From assembly GCA_963718915.1 (NCBI GenBank), contig CAVRAI010000004.1, positions 510,001-542,000 of the forward strand: a DNA stretch of 32,000 nt. The letters run 5' to 3'. The position numbers and the translations under genes were made by a program. A model generated the notes under the pieces. The model saw nothing but the letters and a program-made list of their open reading frames with translations. It made no database searches and was not told the origin of the DNA. This document shows, one piece after another, positions 1 through 6,499 of the stretch (position 1 is the first letter of the stretch; the number at the start of each line of letters is the position of its first letter). This stretch comes from an uncultured Chloroflexia bacterium (GTDB lineage Bacteria; Chloroflexota; Ktedonobacteria; Ktedonobacterales; JADMIN01).

Positions 1-390
1 CCAGTCGCCCGCGACTGTGGTGACCCGCGCGCCGCACCGCGCGCCGATCTCCGCCATCTTCGCACCGAAAAAGCCCGCCGCGCCGACCAACAGCGTATCG
101 CCTGGCTCCAGCAGATTGCAGAGCGACGCCTCCATCCCAGAGAAGCCCGTGCCTGGGACGGCGAGCGTCAGGGCGTTGCTCGTGCCAAAGACCTGCCGTA
201 GCATCTCTGCCGTCTCGCCAAGTATCGCCAGGTAGGCTGGATCGAGATGCCCGAGCACCGGAGCAGCCGCAGCCCGCAGCACGGCAGGATGCGGGTTGCT
301 CGGCCCTGGCCCCATCAATAGCCGCTCAGGCGGCTCGACAGGGGCGTAGACGGCGGATGCGCTTGCGGTCGCTGACGATGCTGCGGGCAT
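1..390 (-). CDS. Class V (AGXT-type; alanine-glyoxylate/serine-pyruvate) aminotransferase, N-terminal 130 codons; rest of gene lies beyond the window start
   Basis: My own minus-strand translation from ATG at comp. 388-390 (AAGGAG 9 nt upstream): MPAASSATASASAVYAPVEPPERLLMGPGPSNPHPAVLRAAAAPVLGHLDPAYLAILGETAEMLRQVFGTSNALTLAVPGTGFSGMEASLCNLLEPGDTLLVGAAGFFGAKMAEIGARCGARVTTVAGDW. The LxGPGPSN ... GTG..GMEA ... N.LEPGD pattern is typical of this PLP family. It is absent from the ORF track because it runs off the window. Confidence 0.75.
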   Translation of the reverse strand, partial: MPAASSATASASAVYAPVEPPERLLMGPGPSNPHPAVLRAAAAPVLGHLDPAYLAILGETAEMLRQVFGTSNALTLAVPGTGFSGMEASLCNLLEPGDTLLVGAAGFFGAKMAEIGARCGARVTTVAGDW

Positions 391-432
391 GTGTGCTGCT
401 CCTTTGCGGTTCTCGTCCGATGAGACTTCAGC

Positions 433-1548
433 CTACTTATGGTTATTATCAGGGTCGTCGTTCATATCGGCCAGCTTTTGCGCCTGGTCGGAGGAGATCA
501 GCGCGTCGATCAGCGGATCGAGATCGCCACCCAGGATACGCGGCAGGTTGTGAAGCGATACGTTGATTCTGTGATCGGTGACACGATCCTGTGGGAAATT
601 ATAAGTGCGAATCTTCTCGCTGCGGTCGCCTGTCTGCACCTGCGAGCGGCGGGCCGCGCCAAGTTCGGCGTCGCGCTTCTGCTGTTCGAGATCCCACAAG
701 CGCGAGCGCAGCACACCCAGCGCCTTCGCCTTGTTTTTGAGTTGTGACTTCTCATCCTGGCAGGTGACTACCAGCCCGGTCGGCAGATGGGTGATGCGTA
801 CGGCGGAGTCGGTCGTGTTGACACTCTGGCCGCCGTGTCCAGTTGAGCGGTAGACATCCACGCGGATATCCTCGGGGCGAATCTCGATTTCGATTTCCTC
901 GGCCTCTGGCAGCACAATCACCTTCACCGTGGAGGTGTGGATGCGCCCCTGGGACTCGGTGGCGGGTACCCGCTGGACTCGATGGGTTCCACCCTCATAT
1001 TTCATGCGAGCGTAGGCCCCTTTGCCGCGCACCTCGAAGACGACCTCTTTGTAGCCGCCAATGCCGCTCTCATTCTCATCCATCACCTCAATAGTCCAGC
1101 GTTTTGCGTCGGCATAGCGCAGATACATGCGGAAGATGTCGGCGGCGAAGAGACCGGCTTCATCGCCACCTGCGCCTGCCTGGACCGTGACGATGGCGTT
1201 GCGGTCATCCATGATGTCGCGCGGAAGCAACGCGACCTGCACCTCGGTCGTCAGTTCGTCCTCGCGGGCGTGCAGTTCTTCGATCTCTTCATAGGCGAGC
1301 GCGCGCATCTCCTCGTCGAGTCCGTCGCTCAGCATCGCCTCGGTGTCACTGAGTTGCGCGCGTACCTCCTGGAGGGCGCGGTACGTTTCCACCACATCGG
1401 TGATGCTGGCGTATTCGCGCCCATACCGTTGCAGCAATGCGGGATCGCTGGCCGTTGCAGGATCGGCCATGATCGTCTGAAGTTCCTGATAGCGCTGCTC
1501 GAGCGCGGAAAGTTTGCGGTCGAGACTGGCCGTAGTTGTTGTATTCAT
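433..1548 (-). CDS. prfA: Peptide chain release factor 1
   Basis: ORF 433..1572. RF1-type PAT tripeptide ([10 protein letters not shown]) and GGQ motif ([11 protein letters not shown]) are present. Start trimmed to ATG at comp. 1546-1548 ([20 protein letters not shown]...), which matches the usual RF1 N-terminus. The upstream TTG at 1572 has no SD. Confidence 0.95.
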   Translation of the reverse strand: MNTTTTASLDRKLSALEQRYQELQTIMADPATASDPALLQRYGREYASITDVVETYRALQEVRAQLSDTEAMLSDGLDEEMRALAYEEIEELHAREDELTTEVQVALLPRDIMDDRNAIVTVQAGAGGDEAGLFAADIFRMYLRYADAKRWTIEVMDENESGIGGYKEVVFEVRGKGAYARMKYEGGTHRVQRVPATESQGRIHTSTVKVIVLPEAEEIEIEIRPEDIRVDVYRSTGHGGQSVNTTDSAVRITHLPTGLVVTCQDEKSQLKNKAKALGVLRSRLWDLEQQKRDAELGAARRSQVQTGDRSEKIRTYNFPQDRVTDHRINVSLHNLPRILGGDLDPLIDALISSDQAQKLADMNDDPDNNHK

Positions 1549-1723
1549 GCGGATACGTGCTCCTATGCGCAATGTAGCGTGTTATCGTCGCTCTCTAACA
1601 AAACAAAATAACCTTACGCCGCACTCGTGTCATGGCTGTCTGGCATGCGGCGGACAGACAGACGCCCCATCCTTCACCTCCCAGGTTGCTGGGCAGGGGG
1701 ACGGGGCGCTCTCGGATCAGGCG

Positions 1724-1870
1724 CTAATGCTCGTAATTGGTCTCAATGCTGAGGCGACGCGACCGCTCCTCGGCGAATGCCTGGAGCAGGCCAAGCAGCA
1801 ACGTGCCGAGCATGGCCGCGATCAATATGATCTCCATTGTGCTCAGGCGAATACGCCCCTGCTTATCCAT
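1724..1870 (-). CDS. Hypothetical 48-aa small membrane protein (below ORF-track cutoff)
   Basis: My translation: MDKQGRIRLSTMEIILIAAMLGTLLLGLLQAFAEERSRRLSIETNYEH. ATG at comp. 1868-1870 is preceded by GAGAGGA with 7 nt spacing. There is one hydrophobic helix. It lies between the HIT gene and prfA on the same strand. Confidence 0.35.
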   Translation of the reverse strand: MDKQGRIRLSTMEIILIAAMLGTLLLGLLQAFAEERSRRLSIETNYEH

Positions 1871-1985
1871 GCCAGAATCCTCTCATGCGCGGCAGTCACC
1901 AGTTGGCCGCTATCAATCATTGCTCTCTATTATACAACGTAGAGTCGCTCGTACGCTGGCTGTGCTATCAAGCTACGCGAGATAC

Positions 1986-2474
1986 TCAGGAGAAGTAGGG
2001 TTTGAGCTGGCGGTAGGTGTTTTGCAGATAGTCAGGCATCACTTTGGTCTCAGCCAGCACCGGCATGAAGTTGGTATCGCCGTTCCAGCGCGGCACAACA
2101 TGGAAGTGTACATGGTCGGCGATTCCCGCGCCCGCCACTGTTCCCTGGTTGATACCCATGTTGAAGCCGTCTGGATGGATCGCGGCGCGCAAGGCTCCCA
2201 GCGATTTCTGCGCGGTGAGCATGATTTCTGTGAGTGTCTCGGCATCGAGCTTTTCGATATCGGGGACATGAGCGTATGGTGCGATCATCAGGTGGCCGTT
2301 GTTGTAGGGGAATAGGTTCATCAGCACGAAGCAGCGCTCGCCACGGTAAAGAACGAGATTCTCTTCGTCGTGATCCTGGCTCTGCTGTGGCTTGACGCAG
2401 AAGATGCAGCCCTGTTCTTTCTCAGCATTCGCGTCAATATAGGCCATGCGCCAGGGCGCCCACAGGTGTTCCAT
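1986..2474 (-). CDS. HIT (histidine triad) family nucleotide hydrolase/transferase
   Basis: Histidine-triad motif HVHFHVVPR, CIFC near the N-terminus, GGAGG 9 nt upstream of the ATG. Confidence 0.9.
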   Translation of the reverse strand: MEHLWAPWRMAYIDANAEKEQGCIFCVKPQQSQDHDEENLVLYRGERCFVLMNLFPYNNGHLMIAPYAHVPDIEKLDAETLTEIMLTAQKSLGALRAAIHPDGFNMGINQGTVAGAGIADHVHFHVVPRWNGDTNFMPVLAETKVMPDYLQNTYRQLKPYFS

Positions 2475-2542
2475 CTCGTCGCGCCTCCATCTTACGCATC
2501 AGTGAGCCACGCACGGGATGCTGGTGGCAAGGTCCAGGATGC

Positions 2543-3715
2543 TCAACGCCCGCCCAGTGAAAACGGACCCAGGAAGCCTATCAGAAAGAAAATAATGAAC
2601 AGCACCGTGCTCACAACTAGCACGGCCCCTAATCCGACGCTGCGCGCGCTATCACGCTCATCCCTGTGGTAGACCGGCGCTGGCCTTCTTCCTGCCTCAT
2701 GATACATTGGTGGATTGGGCCACTGCCGTGCGGGCAAACGCAGGCGTGGCGCAACGGCGAGGTCGGCTTCTTTCGCGGCGCGCGTGTCGGCTCCATCCGC
2801 ATGATCGTGGTCGGAGATCGTACTGAAGCGCGAGCCAACTTCATAACTACTCGGTTCAATCAGGTGTGGCGCTAGCATTCCCGCCACGGTTTGCTCACTT
2901 GACCAGCTTGCCTGTTCAGCGGCAATCGCGTGGGCGACCCGAAGCGCTGGTGGGGTATCGGTTGAGAGCGGGCGCCTGGTTTCTACAAGTTGTTCGCTGA
3001 TCCCTTCGAGAGCGCTGGTGAGCGTAGCCGCATCAGTAATGGCATCGCTGGCGTCGGGGGTGATACAGCGGGTGACCAGGAGCGCCAGTTCCTGGGGCAC
3101 GTCGACGCGCATTTGTCGTGCCCCGTGCTCTGTTCCCGCCAGTTCCACGCTGCTGAGCAACTGCCTGAGCAGCAATCCTAGCGCCAGCACATCGCTATGC
3201 GGCGTGCCATCTGTGAGGAACGGCTGCAAGTCATCGCCGCCCTCCGCCATAAAGTAATCGAGATCGGGCGGAAGCCCGAAGTTGTTCACGCGAACCGTTG
3301 CCTGTCGGTCAACCAGAATTGCCGTTGGTGTCAGGTCGCCGTGCACGACATCGCGGTGGTGGGCATAGGCAAGCGTATGCGCGAGCTGGAGCGCCAGATT
3401 GACTGCGCGCTCGTTGGGTACGCCCTGGCGCAGATAGCGCGAGATCGCCTGACCCTGGATGGCTTCCTGGATTAGCAACAGCCAGCCATCTTCGTGAAAC
3501 GCATCGTAGAAGGCGACGGCGGCTGGATGGGTCAATGCGCTGGTGGCGCGCAGAGCCGTCGTGTAGACCTCAACATGCTCTGGTGGAATCGCTTTGACAA
3601 TCACTGGACGGCGCAGCATCATGTCGTCACCGCGGACGATCCGGCTGAGCGCGCCAGGCGCCAACTCATCGGACAATGTGTATCGTCGCGCAAGTTGCCG
3701 TCCGCTTAATTGCAT
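2543..3715 (-). CDS. Membrane-anchored Ser/Thr-kinase-like protein, predicted pseudokinase
   Basis: ORF 2543..3841. Kinase-fold landmarks are VIVKAI (beta3 Lys), HGDLTPTAILV in place of HRDLKPxN, and NFG in place of DFG. No Gly-rich loop. C-terminal TM helix VGLGAVLVVSTVLFIIFFLIGFLGPF. Start is uncertain: ATG at comp. 3713-3715 (MQLSGRQLARRYTL) or GTG about 30 nt upstream. The first ~40 codons of the ORF are R-rich and look non-coding. Confidence 0.75.
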   Translation of the reverse strand: MQLSGRQLARRYTLSDELAPGALSRIVRGDDMMLRRPVIVKAIPPEHVEVYTTALRATSALTHPAAVAFYDAFHEDGWLLLIQEAIQGQAISRYLRQGVPNERAVNLALQLAHTLAYAHHRDVVHGDLTPTAILVDRQATVRVNNFGLPPDLDYFMAEGGDDLQPFLTDGTPHSDVLALGLLLRQLLSSVELAGTEHGARQMRVDVPQELALLVTRCITPDASDAITDAATLTSALEGISEQLVETRRPLSTDTPPALRVAHAIAAEQASWSSEQTVAGMLAPHLIEPSSYEVGSRFSTISDHDHADGADTRAAKEADLAVAPRLRLPARQWPNPPMYHEAGRRPAPVYHRDERDSARSVGLGAVLVVSTVLFIIFFLIGFLGPFSLGGR

Positions 3716-3889
3716 GTCTGAGCCTGCTGTGATATTGCCTGCCACAATTTCCCGCCCCTTGCACACTGGCTGCCCTGCCCAGCCACTCTGCGCTCGCCTG
3801 CGCCGTACTGCATTATGGCATGTCCGCACGCGACCGGCCACACTTATGCGCCGGACTAGGACTCCCCCTGCCAGGCGGTGACGCCGCCA

Positions 3890-4898
3890 TCAGGAGTGCC
3901 GCTGATTATATGGTAGCAGGCATGCGCCAATGAGCGGCGCGCGCGAACCGAGTGCGCCGGGCAATAGAACCGGCGAGGGCCGCCAGGAGCCACAGAGTAT
4001 TGCCAGCCGCTCGCGTAGTGGCTGGCAAAAACCTTCGCCAGCCTCAGCAGGTGGGCCGCCTAGAACGAGAACATCAGGATCGAGTGCGGCGACAAGATTG
4101 GCCAGTGTCACTGCCAGTGCATCCCAGGCGCGTTCGAGTACGGCGCGCGCCGCGTGATCACCTTCTTCGGCCAACTGCACCACCTGGCGTACGGTCATAG
4201 CCTCCGCCCGGCCACCAGAGACGCGCAGCATTGCCGCCGTGCTCTCGTCTGACCCGGACGCCAGCCCAATCGTCGCGCGAACAATGGATTGCGCGGAGGC
4301 GATTGGATCGAGATGGCCGCTCTGGCCGCAGGCGCACCGTGGGCCATCAGGCTGGACGAGCCAGTGCGCGAGTTTTCCAGCGCGACCGCTGGCTCCGACA
4401 GAGATTGCGCCCTCTTCGATCAGCGCGCTGGCAATTGTCCTGCCGCTATGGATATACAACACCACACTATGGCGCTGGCCAGCGCCCGATGTCGCCTCCG
4501 CCAGCCCAGCAGCCGCCACAGCAGACATGAGGAAGACAGGTAGCTTCCAATGGTTGGCCAGCCGATTCGCCAGCGGAAACTCGTCCCATCCTTCTCCATG
4601 CGGCATACTACGTATTACGCCTCGCGTGGAGTCAACATCACTCCATACAGCCACGCCCACCGCGTCAGGGTGTGCGTACTGGTGTGGCGTCGTCTCGGAT
4701 CACCTCGGCGATAAGGTCGTTGAGGATCGCGACCGCATCGTCGGAGGCAGGCGGCGCGGCGAAGCGTCGGTGGTGGATTGTGCCGCTGGCAGCATGTCTC
4801 GCAGTCAATCGCGTTCCGCTCGCGGCGATCTCGACGCCGATGCTGGGCCTGTTATGCTGGACAGTGGTTTCGCTGGTGCCGTCAGCCGAATGGGCCAT
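3890..4898 (-). pseudogene. ROK-family (sugar kinase/regulator-like) gene interrupted by a +1 frameshift; catalytic motifs degenerate
   Basis: N-terminal ORF 4665..4898 (ATG 4898, GGAGG 10 nt upstream; IGVEIAASGT resembles the ROK DxGxT motif) stops at TGA 4665-4667. The rest of the ROK fold continues in ORF 3890..4660 (GVAVWSDVD..., GKLAHW...CACGQSGH zinc-type motif). Both frames are open only between 4668 and 4699. Confidence 0.65.
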
Positions 4899-5056
4899 GA
4901 TGCGTCTGCCTCCAGATGCGAGGCGCCATCACTTTTGGCCTGTCCGCGCTTGGCGGTGGCAAAGTACAATGGCGCATGCGTCAGCTACACTGTGGTGGAA
5001 CTTGATTCTCCGGCGAGGACGATCACCCGCAAGCATATCATAGGAGGAGGAAGTTC

Positions 5057-5326
5057 GTGGCAGAAACGCCGTCTCCTGACCGATTGCCGGACGATGTAAA
5101 CGCGGCTCTTGCCGCGCGCGGGATCAGGGAGCGCGATGAGGTGGGATTGCGGCTGGCGCTGGAAGAGCATCTCAAGGGGTACACGCTCTACCGGCTCACT
5201 CCTGCGGCCGCCCGTCGCTGGAAATGCCGGTATCGGATTATGTTCGAGGCGACGTATTTCGATTGTCAGACCGTCGCCGAGGCCTATGCCCGGGCGCTCG
5301 TGGCGTCGTTGCCCGTGTCTCCATGA
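5057..5326 (+). CDS. Hypothetical protein (89 aa)
   Basis: GTG start 6 nt after a strong AGGAGGAGG. Non-repetitive, balanced composition. I recognise no family. Confidence 0.6.
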   Translation: MAETPSPDRLPDDVNAALAARGIRERDEVGLRLALEEHLKGYTLYRLTPAAARRWKCRYRIMFEATYFDCQTVAEAYARALVASLPVSP

Positions 5327-5413
5327 ACATCATAATGCATGCCCATGCATGCCCATGCGCGCCGCGGAGAGTTCCTGGCGCCCATCCTGACCACTGTCCT
5401 TACATGGCGCATG

Positions 5414-5422
5414 TGTCATAAT
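5414..5422 (+). promoter_or_regulatory. Candidate extended -10 promoter element (TGtCATAAT)
   Basis: TGTCATAAT at 5414-5422, about 110 nt upstream of the 5534 start. No clear -35. Confidence 0.3.
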
Positions 5423-5533
5423 AGGGGATGCCCCTCGACGGATTCTCTCCGGCAGGTGGGTTTGGTGAAGATGTTGCGAACCGCTGTCATATCGGCACGC
5501 GATCTGCGCGCCGAAAACATCAGGAGGGTGACC

Positions 5534-5743
5534 ATGCAGGAAGACGAAATTGGCCTGCGTAAGGCGCTTGGTCAGGCCAACTATGTGCAGTGCTCGCGCT
5601 GTGGCGCACTCATCTCCGCGCGTGAGGCCACCGATGCGCCCACGGATGCGCTCGATGAGGTTGCTGAGTATCAAATGCTCTGCCCCGCGTGCCGGGATGA
5701 ACTTGCCGCTGGAGAACAGGATTTACCGCTCGTTCCTGAGTAG
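5534..5743 (+). CDS. Hypothetical small zinc-ribbon protein (69 aa)
   Basis: ATG 5534 lies 6 nt after AGGAGGG. The product MQEDEIGLRKALGQANYVQCSRCG...MLCPACRDELAAGE has two CxxC pairs. The longer ORF 5339..5743 has an implausible R/H-rich N-terminus. Confidence 0.5.
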   Translation: MQEDEIGLRKALGQANYVQCSRCGALISAREATDAPTDALDEVAEYQMLCPACRDELAAGEQDLPLVPE

Positions 5744-5816
5744 TTATCAGGTGTATACGCATTGATGACCACGACAGTGGCCAGGACACCATGCGTACGT
5801 TTATACTCTAAAGATA

Positions 5817-5850
5817 CCGGCCGATGTTGCGATGCCAGCGCATCGGCCGG
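5817..5850 (+). promoter_or_regulatory. Perfect 10-bp inverted repeat (CCGGCCGATG-N14-CATCGGCCGG) upstream of hsp20-lon
   Basis: Arms at 5817-5826 and 5841-5850. It starts about 10 nt downstream of a TATACT hexamer (5802-5807) and about 47 nt upstream of the hsp20 ATG. No T-run follows, so it is unlikely to be a terminator. Confidence 0.35.
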
Positions 5851-5896
5851 AGCCAATACCTGCCGCGAGCAGGAGATGTCTTGAGGAGCGATTACA

Positions 5897-6499
5897 ATGC
5901 GTCTGCGATTGCACTCTGTCATCTACCAGCCTGGCAGTGCGGCGCCCAGCCTGGAGCAACATTACCGCACGCTGCGTGGGGCAATGTTTCATCTGGGCCA
6001 ACAATATTCCTATCTGCAGCCGGGCGCTATCTGGCGACCGGCGATGGATATTCACGAGACGCCCAGTGCCGTGCTGGTAAAGATCGAACTAGCTGGAATG
6101 GATGAGGACAGCATCGAGATCACGCTTTACCCAAATGCCATCGTCGTGACGGGACAGCGGGTAGATGATAGCGACTACGACGAAGAGACGTATTATCACG
6201 AGGCGCAAATCCGCTATGGTCTATTTCGTGCGGACGCCTACTTGTCGACGCCGATACAGGCTGAAATGGCCAGCGCGCTCTACCAGAACGGCTTCCTGCG
6301 CATCATCCTACCACGGCGAAGCGCGACTCCAGAGGAATCAGGGAAGAAATCCGACGGCGAGACGGGAGAAGTGGATAGCGAAGGCGAGACCACTGAACCT
6401 GGGTTTTCCGGTTGGCCCCCAGCCGGCCACTCAATTGTGTGTGAACCAGCCACTGGCAGGCTGACTCATTCCTATTCCAAGGAGACATCGCATGCGTGA
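5897..6499 (+). CDS. Hsp20/alpha-crystallin family small heat-shock protein
   Basis: Alpha-crystallin core WRPAMDIHETPSAVLVKIELAGMDEDSIEITL...VVTGQR...GFLRIILP. GAGGAG lies 8 nt upstream of the ATG. The stop overlaps the lon start by 8 nt. Confidence 0.9.
   Translation: MRLRLHSVIYQPGSAAPSLEQHYRTLRGAMFHLGQQYSYLQPGAIWRPAMDIHETPSAVLVKIELAGMDEDSIEITLYPNAIVVTGQRVDDSDYDEETYYHEAQIRYGLFRADAYLSTPIQAEMASALYQNGFLRIILPRRSATPEESGKKSDGETGEVDSEGETTEPGFSGWPPAGHSIVCEPATGRLTHSYSKETSHA

Noticed and set aside
433-1572. Looked for a prfB-style programmed frameshift in the release-factor gene
   Set aside because: The gene is RF1 (PAT motif), reads uninterrupted in one frame and has no internal in-frame stop. Programmed frameshifting is a feature of RF2, not RF1.
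4239-5099. 286-aa plus-strand ORF
   Set aside because: It is antisense to the ROK gene and runs through the divergent intergenic region. It has no SD or motifs.
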